From Opitutia bacterium (GTDB lineage Bacteria; Verrucomicrobiota; Verrucomicrobiia; Opitutales; UBA953): a stretch of DNA of 61,008 bases. A model generated the notes under the pieces. That model was given only the letters and a program-made list of their open reading frames with translations, was not told the origin of the DNA and did no database searches. The stretch lies in contig CANBWJ010000128.1 of assembly GCA_947373115.1 (NCBI GenBank), positions 1 through 61,008 on the forward strand, given 5' to 3'. Shown piece after piece: positions 31,184 through 39,647 of this stretch. Each line of letters starts with the position of its first letter. Position 1 is the stretch's first letter. Position numbers and translations under genes: made by a program.

Positions 31184-33714
31184 CAGTATTTCCCATCTTG
31201 CTGGACGCGGTAGCGGATGTTGCCGATGCGCCAGAACGAGCCAAGGTCATTGCTCTCGACCTTGATTGACACAAGGCGCCCCCGCATTCTGGGCGTAACG
31301 AAAGTGGTGGCCTGCGTCAACGAGAAGGGGCCGTAGGTGAGCGGCGTCTGGCCGGGGTAGTCCGTGGCGTAGAAGGTCAGGTCAACCGTGGCGTTCTGGG
31401 CGCCGCCGTAGTAGCCCCACTTCATGTCAGGCCAGACCTGATCGACGAACATCTTCACGTCCGCATCGCTCAGGGCAAAGTAGCCCGTCTCGAAACTGGC
31501 GTTGATGGGCTGGCCATTGGCGTCGGGTGACGTCTCGTGCTGGTAGATATTGGTGTCCGTACCGGCGCCAATGGGCGGCCCGAGGACGCTCTGATTGATC
31601 CACGCCGTGCGGGCCAGAGAGCCGAAGTCCCACTGGTCGAGCGTGATGTTGTACTTCACATAGGCGTTGATCTCGCCGCCATTGCTGTTGGTCGGGTAGT
31701 ACCAAGCGATCTCGTTGAACTGGGAGTTCGCGGCCACGCGGATCTTGTCGAGGTTGTTGAGGTCGAGGTCCTGAAAGATGACGTCCCAGACGGGGCACTT
31801 AACGGACTCGACGCCGTTGGGCGACAACTTGAAGAACTGGCTCTGGCCCATCCAGTAGACGATGCCGCCCACGGAGGTCGCCGCCTTGCGCCCGATGAGG
31901 CCGCAGCCCGTACCGATCTCGTTGAACTGGTAGACGTAGGGCTGGCCGACGTACTGCATAGCCCAGACGCCAAGGTCAGTCCAAATCAGGCCTTGCTGCG
32001 GGCCCTGAATGCACTCGACGATGCGGGAACCTTTGGGGATGCGGAACGACCCGGCCTGATTGGTCGTCTGAGCAATCCAGTCGCCGTAATTATCAACATC
32101 GCACCAACGCAGGAGAAGCTGGTCCTGAATGCCGTTGAAGGTCGAGCCCCACGCGATGATCTGCCGCTGGGGCATGGCCACAAAGATCCCGCTGCTTAGG
32201 ACAGGGGCGTTCGGGATGATCGTGGCGACCGGGTTGTTGGTGGTAGGTGACCACTGGTAAATGCCGCCGCCAGAGGCCGTTGCTGTCACCGACTGGCCCG
32301 GCGGGATCATGGTCGGGCATGACAAAAGGGTTTCGCCCCAGTTGTCGAGGGTCCAGTCAACAGCAACAATAGGTGTGCCAGTCCCCGCCGTTGGGGGGAT
32401 GCCAGAGCCGTAGCCGCCACTGCCGTAGCCGCCGACGCCGTAGCCCGAGTTGGCCGCAAGGGGGCCGATGCCGTTGTAGTAGATGTATTGGGCGAGGCCA
32501 CCGTTTTCGCCCGCCACGCTGACAAAGATCGTGCCCGCCACTGTCTGGGCGCCCGTGGTGGCGTTGGCGTAGGACACGCTATTGACGACGGTCGTAAAAA
32601 TTGTGCCTGCTACGGTCTGTGCGCCAGTAGTCGTATTGGCATATGAAACTCTTCCCGCTGAAGAAGCCGTAACCGTATAAGTTCCGTTGTAGCCCGCTGG
32701 GGTGACCCCGGCCACGACAACCGTGCTGCCCACAGGGATCGTGTAGGAAGCCGCGTAAGTCAGTGTTGCAGTTGTCCCGTTTCCTGTAGCCGACAGAGTT
32801 GACGTTGTCGCGCCAGCAGATGACGCCGTCACTGTAAAGGTGCCATTGTAGCCAGCGGGGGTGACCCCGGCCACGACAATCGTACTGCCCACGGGGATCG
32901 TGTAGGAAGTTGAATAGGCCAGAGTTGCTGTAGACCCCGTCCCTGCCGCCGACAGGGTTGGCGTCGTCGTCGCCGAGGTGGCTGCCGAGATTGTAAAAAT
33001 GTCAGCCGGAGTAGTCGGGTCGAGCGCCGAGATCGTGTAGTTGCCAAAAAGTGTGACCGTCCCCACCGTCGTGGAGACGAGGATGGGGAAAGTATCGCCC
33101 GCCTGATAGCCGTGATTAGCGAGCGTGACGTTGACCGTTGATGCGCCACTAACGAAATTGAAGGACGGCACGGTCGTTGTCGTTGAGGTGGCGGTGGCGT
33201 AGACGGGATACCCAAGGGCATCGACAACTTGAATTTGGAATTGGCTAGTGCTGACGGGCGTGACGGCGTAGAGGCCGAAAAGGATCAGGCCACCGACGCT
33301 GATTTGGACCTGTATGTCTACTGTGTCATAGGCGTCGAGGCTGCTACCTGCCGCCGTTATTGTTACGACGTTGCTCCCCAGCGTCGTCGAGGCCGCCGCC
33401 GCAACGTCCGCATTTGTCGTCTGTGGCGTGATGACACGCAGGCCGCCCTGCGTGATGACGCTGAGGGACGCCTCGGCGCCAGATGCCAGCCACGCATTGC
33501 CGTTGATGTCTTCCCACGCGAGCAGGCAACGAACAACCGAGCCAATGGAGTTGGAGTAGAACTGAGTCCACCCGCCGAGCTTCTGGACGAGGCCAAGGCC
33601 CTGCCGGTCAGGGATGAACCTGATCAGGTTCGTGATTGAGATCGCTGCCTCGTTGAGGGCGAGGGTCCGGTTCTGATCGACGCCGGGGATGAGCTTCAGC
33701 GAGCTGTGGGGCAT
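31183..33714 (-). CDS. Large tail protein (nozzle/tubular-B-like, putative) with inserted repeated beta domains
   Basis: 843 aa. Size and position fit. Tandem duplicated ~50-aa modules (see finding). Confidence 0.4.
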   Translation of the reverse strand: MPHSSLKLIPGVDQNRTLALNEAAISITNLIRFIPDRQGLGLVQKLGGWTQFYSNSIGSVVRCLLAWEDINGNAWLASGAEASLSVITQGGLRVITPQTTNADVAAAASTTLGSNVVTITAAGSSLDAYDTVDIQVQISVGGLILFGLYAVTPVSTSQFQIQVVDALGYPVYATATSTTTTVPSFNFVSGASTVNVTLANHGYQAGDTFPILVSTTVGTVTLFGNYTISALDPTTPADIFTISAATSATTTPTLSAAGTGSTATLAYSTSYTIPVGSTIVVAGVTPAGYNGTFTVTASSAGATTSTLSATGNGTTATLTYAASYTIPVGSTVVVAGVTPAGYNGTYTVTASSAGRVSYANTTTGAQTVAGTIFTTVVNSVSYANATTGAQTVAGTIFVSVAGENGGLAQYIYYNGIGPLAANSGYGVGGYGSGGYGSGIPPTAGTGTPIVAVDWTLDNWGETLLSCPTMIPPGQSVTATASGGGIYQWSPTTNNPVATIIPNAPVLSSGIFVAMPQRQIIAWGSTFNGIQDQLLLRWCDVDNYGDWIAQTTNQAGSFRIPKGSRIVECIQGPQQGLIWTDLGVWAMQYVGQPYVYQFNEIGTGCGLIGRKAATSVGGIVYWMGQSQFFKLSPNGVESVKCPVWDVIFQDLDLNNLDKIRVAANSQFNEIAWYYPTNSNGGEINAYVKYNITLDQWDFGSLARTAWINQSVLGPPIGAGTDTNIYQHETSPDANGQPINASFETGYFALSDADVKMFVDQVWPDMKWGYYGGAQNATVDLTFYATDYPGQTPLTYGPFSLTQATTFVTPRMRGRLVSIKVESNDLGSFWRIGNIRYRVQQDGKY

Positions 33715-33717
33715 GGG

Positions 33718-34695
33718 TTACCCCCTCGACGGCGTGGCGACTGTGGCGGGGCTCTGCGAGGCCCAGCCAGACGACTGGAACTGTTTGCGGGCCTCTTCGA
33801 CGACGGCGCTCTTCAAGAGCGCCTGATATTGGCTTTCGTAGGTCACGGCCATCTGCGGGTCGTCATTGGCGCGGCCAAAGTTGCGCTGATAGGCGCTGAT
33901 GTAGATCATCGAGGCCATGATGAAGACGTCGGGCAGGTAGAGGCTGATGAACGTCGTCGAGGCGTTGCTGGCGACCGTCCCGATCACCGTGGCGGTGGCC
34001 GCAGTCGTGGGGATCGTGATCGTTGTGGTCCCAGTGACGGACGCCACGAAGTTCCCGTTCCACGCGCTCGATGTGAAGCCCGCGAGTGACACGGAGGAGT
34101 TGTTGGCCAGTCCATGCGCCGAGGCGAAGGTGATATTGCCGCCGGTCGTCGCCGAGGTGACGGCGGGCAGGTAGCCCAGCGAGTTGGGGCGGTAGGTGCC
34201 GACGACCTCAACCGGATAGGCCTGATCGGGCACGGGCCCGAGGAAGAAGAGCGTCTCGTTAAAGGGCACGAAATACTGCGGCTTGCCCCGGTTGGCAGTC
34301 AAGGATGACCCATAGACAGCGTCAAGGAACTCCTTCGTTGTCGGAAGGAGCGGGACACGGACGCAGGTGTCTGGGTCGGTCGTGGCCGATGGATTGCCGC
34401 TGGCGTCAGTCAGGAGGTTGATTTGGTCACTGACAACGAACGTGCCCTGCGCCGGGTCCGTGTTCGTGGACAGATTGATGCTGAAGTTCAGGTTCCTGTT
34501 ACCGGGCGTCAGGACGAAGCTGGCTCCGTGCAGGGACGTCGAGGTGAACATGAAGTTGATGTCACGGTACATCCGATTTTCGGCGTAGGTGATCATCTGG
34601 GGCAGGATGGCCTGAAAGGCGACGTCGCTGGACGCCACGACGGCCATCGTGGAGATCTGATCGACGTAGGTGGAGTAGGAAAGGCCAGTGGTCAT
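33718..34695 (-). CDS. Tail/adaptor-type structural protein (325 aa, putative)
   Basis: Track ORF. Position upstream of the large tail protein. General resemblance to adaptor/tubular-A-type proteins (weak recall). Confidence 0.35.
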   Translation of the reverse strand: MTTGLSYSTYVDQISTMAVVASSDVAFQAILPQMITYAENRMYRDINFMFTSTSLHGASFVLTPGNRNLNFSINLSTNTDPAQGTFVVSDQINLLTDASGNPSATTDPDTCVRVPLLPTTKEFLDAVYGSSLTANRGKPQYFVPFNETLFFLGPVPDQAYPVEVVGTYRPNSLGYLPAVTSATTGGNITFASAHGLANNSSVSLAGFTSSAWNGNFVASVTGTTTITIPTTAATATVIGTVASNASTTFISLYLPDVFIMASMIYISAYQRNFGRANDDPQMAVTYESQYQALLKSAVVEEARKQFQSSGWASQSPATVATPSRG

Positions 34696-34725
34696 GGGAG
34701 CCCCGCGTTGCCCGATTTATACCAC

Positions 34726-34923
34726 TTATTTCGCGCCGTGACACCACCCATCGCGGCGGGCATTGTTTTGCTTAACCTCAACAATAGTTTGGTCCGTGTC
34801 CTTTTTGGACCAAGACACGTCGCGCCAGACCGTGCAGACGGCCTCGTCATTTGCGCTCATTGGGATCGTCATCGCGCAGCCGCTCAGGGCGAACATCGAC
34901 AGCACCGCCAGCATTGATCGCAT
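34726..34923 (-). CDS. Outer-membrane spanin (o-spanin lipoprotein)
   Basis: MRSMLAVLSMFALSGC lipobox. The start is embedded out of frame in the i-spanin gene. Confidence 0.6.
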   Translation of the reverse strand: MRSMLAVLSMFALSGCAMTIPMSANDEAVCTVWRDVSWSKKDTDQTIVEVKQNNARRDGWCHGAK

Positions 34924-35080
34924 TTTGGGTTCTCCTCAAGGCGTCGGCCAATGCGGCGGCCTCAAGCTCCGCCACCGCGTCCTGTTTGATCTTGTGAACG
35001 CCAAGGCTGATCAGGGCGAGCGCCAGAACAGCCAAGACGGCGTACCGCCCCAAGGGCGTGAAGAGCAGACTAAACACCAT
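34847..35080 (-). CDS. Inner-membrane spanin (i-spanin)
   Basis: Inner ATG of track ORF 34847..35449. MVFSLLFTPLGRYAVLAVLALALISLGV (TM) followed by a helical, charged periplasmic part. Overlaps the lysozyme end by 11 nt. Confidence 0.55.
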   Translation of the reverse strand: MVFSLLFTPLGRYAVLAVLALALISLGVHKIKQDAVAELEAAALADALRRTQNAINAGGAVDVRPERLRDDDPNERK

Positions 35081-35828
35081 GCTCCTCCATGTTCTTCTTC
35101 CGCCAGAACCAGATCCCGGCGGCAAGGCCAATGATCGCCACCATGATGACGAAATTTGTGTTGCCGAGAAGGCCCATGAACTGATCCGCCACGTCAGACG
35201 CATCCTTTGCCTGCGCAGCGACCTCCTTTGCAATACCCAAGCCCCCGAGGCCTGCCGTGAGTATCGCCGCATTACCTTGCTTGCTGTCCGCCATTGTTCG
35301 AACAGGAACAGGATCGGGATCGGTGCGCTGTTCCTGTTCATGGTCGAAGGTCTGCTCCGGGGTTGCGGGTGTGGCGGAAACCGGGTCCGAAGCCCACCAA
35401 GTAGCCTCGGCCTGACGGCGACGGACAAGGCCAGCAAGGACTTTGCCACCGCCCTTGGTCCATTTCATCAGCTCGGCGGGGACGGCGTCAAACTGCGCGG
35501 CGTTCACCTTCTTGAGCAGGGTCGAGGATTTCAAGCTCCCAAGGCCAGCGTTGTACGCAAAGCCTGTGAGGACATCGAACTGGTGCTGCGTCACGGGCTG
35601 CTTGAGGAGGGCCTCAACTCCCTTTTCATATCTGGCGAGGTCGGCCCGCAAGATGGCCTCGGCCTGATCCTGCGTGATCTTCATGTCCTCGGTGACCTCT
35701 GGCCGCCCTGCCGCAGAAGTGTGCCCATAGCCCACAGTAAGCACGTTTGCCGGGCAACGGTAGCTGGACAATTTGCAGCCTTCAAACTTCTTTAAGAGGG
35801 CGTCGATGGCCCCTTGGCTCATTTTCAT
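35070..35828 (-). CDS. GH24 lysozyme (endolysin) with C-terminal transmembrane segment
   Basis: FEGCKLSSYRCPANVLTVGYGHT (E-x8-C/D-x5-T catalytic pattern)...FDVLTGFAYNAG. C-terminal NFVIMVAIIGLAAGIWFW-RKKNMEEHGV. Confidence 0.85.
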   Translation of the reverse strand: MKMSQGAIDALLKKFEGCKLSSYRCPANVLTVGYGHTSAAGRPEVTEDMKITQDQAEAILRADLARYEKGVEALLKQPVTQHQFDVLTGFAYNAGLGSLKSSTLLKKVNAAQFDAVPAELMKWTKGGGKVLAGLVRRRQAEATWWASDPVSATPATPEQTFDHEQEQRTDPDPVPVRTMADSKQGNAAILTAGLGGLGIAKEVAAQAKDASDVADQFMGLLGNTNFVIMVAIIGLAAGIWFWRKKNMEEHGV

Positions 35829-35836
35829 GGGGCGCC

Positions 35837-36067
35837 CTACTTGTCTTGCTTGCCGTCAAGCTTGTCATAGATCCGCTTGAACATGTCCTCGATGTGGTCC
35901 ATGCGCTTGTCCATGTCGTCTTTGCGGACGTAGTTTATGGGCAAGCCCACTTCAATCTGATGAACGTCTGACTTCAGCAACTGGACGGTTTCCCACAGGA
36001 TGCGGGCAAACCATCCAGCGACTGCGAGGGCGGCGCCAAGGGCCAAGTTGATGGTTGACTGGTCCAC
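35837..36067 (-). CDS. Holin (putative)
   Basis: 76 aa. Single N-terminal TM INLALGAALAVAGWFARILW, then a highly charged C-terminus. Immediately upstream of the lysozyme. Confidence 0.45.
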   Translation of the reverse strand: MDQSTINLALGAALAVAGWFARILWETVQLLKSDVHQIEVGLPINYVRKDDMDKRMDHIEDMFKRIYDKLDGKQDK

Positions 36068-36082
36068 GGCGCCGCTTCCCCT

Positions 36083-36256
36083 TTATTCAGCCTGAGCGGG
36101 TTCGTCAGCGGCCTTGGGGGCCAATTGCTGGTCCGCCTGCGCCTTGATGTTGACGACGATGTCGGTGACTTCGGCAAACGGGCGCTGGCCGAGCGCATTC
36201 ATCACGACATTCCACTGCGCCACCGTCATGGTGATTGAGACGCTCATCTGTTCCAT
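36083..36256 (-). CDS. Hypothetical protein (57 aa)
   Basis: Own translation MEQMSVSITMTVAQWNVVMNALGQRPFAEVTDIVVNIKAQADQQLAPKAADEPAQAE. Below the track cutoff. Fills the gap between its neighbours. Confidence 0.4.
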   Translation of the reverse strand: MEQMSVSITMTVAQWNVVMNALGQRPFAEVTDIVVNIKAQADQQLAPKAADEPAQAE

Positions 36257-36257
36257 T

Positions 36258-36713
36258 TTATACCCCTCTAAGGTTTGGATCTGTGGGCCATTTCAGGCCC
36301 ATGACGACTTCCACCAGTGCTTCGGTGTCAGCCGCCTGCGTAATTAGATCCTTGTTCAGGGCGCAGTCAATGCGGACCTGCGCGCGATACGCTACCCAGT
36401 TGTCCGGGATGTCCACGCCGATCTCCGCCTTGCGCGTTACCATCCAATCGGATTGCGCCAGCATCGAATAGGCGATCTGATTGACGTTGGTGATCCACGT
36501 CGCTTTCAGCCCGGAAAGATCCTTGGGATTGTCCGGCCCCCAATAGAAACGGTCATCGTAGCGGACGGGATCGGGCTCCTCGGTGATGCCGATGGCCTGC
36601 TTCTCCTCAAGCGTTGCAATCCGCAGCCAATTGGCGGGGTATTGGGTGTCGCCCGCTATGAACGGGATGTCGAGCTGGAGCGGCTGTCCGTTGAGCATGA
36701 ACATGGTCATCAC
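36258..36713 (-). CDS. Tail fibre assembly/chaperone-like protein
   Basis: 151 aa directly downstream of a fibre gene (ATGA-type overlap). ...DWMVTRKAEIGVDIPDNWVAYRAQVR... resembles tail fibre assembly proteins. Confidence 0.45.
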   Translation of the reverse strand: MMTMFMLNGQPLQLDIPFIAGDTQYPANWLRIATLEEKQAIGITEEPDPVRYDDRFYWGPDNPKDLSGLKATWITNVNQIAYSMLAQSDWMVTRKAEIGVDIPDNWVAYRAQVRIDCALNKDLITQAADTEALVEVVMGLKWPTDPNLRGV

Positions 36714-39154
36714 CGTGCTAGAGCGTATTTGAAGGGGTTTTCGGCGAAGGCGGCGTAGATGTATGGGACAGTGCTGGCGTTTAAGTTGGCAAATGTGTTG
36801 CGCATTTTTATGCCGTTCGAAAGAATGTCAAAAGCGCCGTTCACTTGGCTACCAACCGCTAAATTCGGGTATAGAAAGTCAGACGCTACGTTGTACGGGT
36901 CGCGGGAAGTGTCAACAACACACCAATCGCCGCCGGTGGAGTCGGTTCTCTTTATCATGACCCAGCGGGCACGGAAGCCTAAATAGATGAATGTTCCATC
37001 TGTAGAACTGCCGTTGCCGGTGTAGCTGCCAAATGCGGAGTATCCAGCGACAGGAGACCAGCAATAAGCAACGATATTGTTTCCTGTGATATTTAGCCCT
37101 GTTTGATACTGGGTGTAAAAATAGGTAAGTGCTGGCGACGTCAGGCCGCCTGTTATTGCAGATTGACCACTAGTTAAATCAAGAAAAAGAACATTGCTGG
37201 CAGCAAGTGAAACGTGCTGGACGCACCAGTGTCCAGTGTCGCTATTAACCACATTTCTAGATTTTGAAATAATCATAGACGGTACGGCATTAAGCCCATG
37301 ACCGACAGTTGGGAGAGTCCCCGCTGACGCAGATAAATTTCCTGTATATGTGACCACACTGAACCCAGCCGTTGCGTTAACCGACGTAGTGCTAGGGATT
37401 GAGCCATTATTGTCTGGCGAAGAAGACCCTTGCCCCGCCTGCCACTGCCAAGCGACATAATTGTTTGCTGTTTGGTTATAGTTCGCGACATTTGACCCAT
37501 TAAGAAGGGTGAAGCCGTTAGTGTTAAATGAGCTAACGCCGTCGCTGAACGATGTGCCATTGTACTCAGTGCTGGTCAAGTTTGAAAAAAGAACCTGATA
37601 AACGCCCGTGACAGAATTGCTCAGGTAATGAGCAAGCCCGGTTGTGCGATTTTTGATCCAAACAAAGTCAGGCTTAAATGACACCGCAGTTGTGGTGTTT
37701 GTCCCATTGTTCAAGTTGTTGGTTGAGCTATTCCCCGGATAAGCCGTCGCCGCCATAACCGTCGCGCCGTTGGCGATGGTCGGTGTTGGAAGGTTGTAGG
37801 CGTTCAGCGCGACGAAGCCGGAGGGCGGGTTCCCGCTATTGGCGGGCACACCGCTGAAGGCGCGCTGGCCGAAGTTGGCAGATATTGTGCTACCCGCATA
37901 ATAGTTGATGGCAAAGGCGGGCGTGTAGCTACCAGATATTCCCGTCACCAAAGATCCGGTTGCGGTGCCGTTTTTGTAAAATTGAACAGTGCCTGCGCCC
38001 ATATCAAAGGCAACGCCAATGATGTCGCCATATGTCCATGTAGCGCCAGTAGATTGGGTTACAGCCGAAAGCGTGATAGCGCCAGTGTCAGATGTATATC
38101 CAACAGACCCGGCTTGCGTTTGGTAGGCAACAGTAGTGTAGGCAGTCCCCTTATGGACACCAACGGTGTTGCTTACTGTGCCGCTCCCTGTCATAACTGC
38201 TTCAAAATACCATTTCCCAGATGAAACATAAAAAGTTGTTCCAGTAGATGTATAATAAGTTGACCCGTAATTTACGAAATTTAAATTCCCGCTGCTTAAA
38301 ACAGTTGACGCTACACTATTTGAAAGAGGGTTCAACACCCCATAGTTCGCCACCGTCGCGCTGACCAGCATTGGCGAGTCCAGCATGGGGTCGTAAGTCG
38401 TGCCAGCGGTGACGCTGAAGGGGCCGTTGGTCAGCCAGTAATTGGCATTACCAGAGAAGTCCTTTCCAATACCAACATTGGATGCCGAAGTCAGAGCAGT
38501 TGTGTCGCTATAATTCAAATAGAAGCTGTTCGTTCCTGCATATGAGCCGGTGTAAAGCTTCGGCTGCCAAACGCCGGTCGCCGTGCTAAATGCGCCAAAG
38601 TTTGTTGGCCCAAGTGACGAGCCCCCAATAAAGTTTGTTTCAGCAAAATAACCATCAAAATATTGAGAGGATATTGTCGCCAAGCGCCCCATCGTATGAA
38701 GGCGCGCGCCATTTATATACGACGCGCGGCTTGCGCCGATGGCATTGGTGCTGTTGGCCTGTTGGACGCCGTTTATGTACCAAACACCACGAAGGGATTG
38801 AGTGGCATTTGTGGAGTCATAGACATAAACAACATGATACCAAGAGGAGGGGTCACGAAACACAGCACTTGTTTTGGTAAGAGTTCCAGTAGTTCCGTCT
38901 TGATGAAAAAGCGAGTCGTCCGAATGAAATCCAATATATTCTTCAGTTGATCCAACAGTAATAGGTGCCGACAGCAAGTTTTCGTAAGCGCCCAAAATTC
39001 CGCGCTTGATCCACCCGCTCCAAGTCCAGCTTGTCGAGCTTCCGGCAGCCATTGTTCTACTAAAGAACGACCCCGAGCGGAAGCGCAGCGAGTTGTTGAT
39101 GGCGTAGCCAGCAACACCCGAACCGGAAATGAGGGCGTCCTTGGAAGCAAACAT
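36710..39154 (-). CDS. Tail fibre protein with LamG/SPRY-like domains
   Basis: Start at MFASKDAL (TAATG overlap at 39154). SSGKWYFEAVMTGSGT...VGV is a SPRY-type signature. N-terminal LRFRSGS...WTWSGWIKRG is LamG-like. Confidence 0.5.
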   Translation of the reverse strand: MFASKDALISGSGVAGYAINNSLRFRSGSFFSRTMAAGSSTSWTWSGWIKRGILGAYENLLSAPITVGSTEEYIGFHSDDSLFHQDGTTGTLTKTSAVFRDPSSWYHVVYVYDSTNATQSLRGVWYINGVQQANSTNAIGASRASYINGARLHTMGRLATISSQYFDGYFAETNFIGGSSLGPTNFGAFSTATGVWQPKLYTGSYAGTNSFYLNYSDTTALTSASNVGIGKDFSGNANYWLTNGPFSVTAGTTYDPMLDSPMLVSATVANYGVLNPLSNSVASTVLSSGNLNFVNYGSTYYTSTGTTFYVSSGKWYFEAVMTGSGTVSNTVGVHKGTAYTTVAYQTQAGSVGYTSDTGAITLSAVTQSTGATWTYGDIIGVAFDMGAGTVQFYKNGTATGSLVTGISGSYTPAFAINYYAGSTISANFGQRAFSGVPANSGNPPSGFVALNAYNLPTPTIANGATVMAATAYPGNSSTNNLNNGTNTTTAVSFKPDFVWIKNRTTGLAHYLSNSVTGVYQVLFSNLTSTEYNGTSFSDGVSSFNTNGFTLLNGSNVANYNQTANNYVAWQWQAGQGSSSPDNNGSIPSTTSVNATAGFSVVTYTGNLSASAGTLPTVGHGLNAVPSMIISKSRNVVNSDTGHWCVQHVSLAASNVLFLDLTSGQSAITGGLTSPALTYFYTQYQTGLNITGNNIVAYCWSPVAGYSAFGSYTGNGSSTDGTFIYLGFRARWVMIKRTDSTGGDWCVVDTSRDPYNVASDFLYPNLAVGSQVNGAFDILSNGIKMRNTFANLNASTVPYIYAAFAENPFKYALAR

Positions 39155-39636
39155 TACGGTGTATATCCCTGCGCTATGCTGCCGTACCAATTGGTGCCAT
39201 CAGCGAAGAAGGTCAGGATGTCCATCTTGCCAGCGGTGGCTGTGATCGTCGGAGCCCCGGCAGTCCCCCACTTCACGGACGTGAAAACAGCCGTTCCGTT
39301 GCCGGTCGTCGCCGCCTGCTTCAGGAACAGCACGAATGACTTACCCGCGACGTTTGTCGGCATTGTGAACGTGCAGGCGGTCGATGCCGTCAGGGTTGCC
39401 GTCTGCACAGTTCCGTTGGTCAGGGAAATGGTGTTGGTGGTCGTGACCGTGCCGATGGCCACCACCGACTCGACATAGTTGGTGACGGTCGGGTTGTTGA
39501 CCGTGGGCGAGGTCCCCAGCACGACGCTGCCTGAGCCCGTGCTGGTCGTGACGCCGGTGCCGCCGTTGGTGACGGCGAGAACGCCGACCGAGCTGACGCC
39601 TTCGGCGAGGATCGAGAGGTTGCGAGAGATGGTCAT
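39154..39636 (-). CDS. Small tail fibre-like protein (160 aa)
   Basis: ILAEGVSSVGVLAVTNGGTGVTTSTG resembles the GGTG repeats of the giant fibre. Confidence 0.5.
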   Translation of the reverse strand: MTISRNLSILAEGVSSVGVLAVTNGGTGVTTSTGSGSVVLGTSPTVNNPTVTNYVESVVAIGTVTTTNTISLTNGTVQTATLTASTACTFTMPTNVAGKSFVLFLKQAATTGNGTAVFTSVKWGTAGAPTITATAGKMDILTFFADGTNWYGSIAQGYTP

Positions 39637-39647
39637 CCGTGCCTCTT

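Noticed and set aside
34847-35449. Full 200-aa track ORF 34847..35449 as a gene overlapping the lysozyme.
   Set aside because: Only the last 77 codons (from MVFSLLF at 35080) have a TM-plus-helical spanin-like sequence and a sensible position. The upstream part is an out-of-frame shadow of the lysozyme gene.
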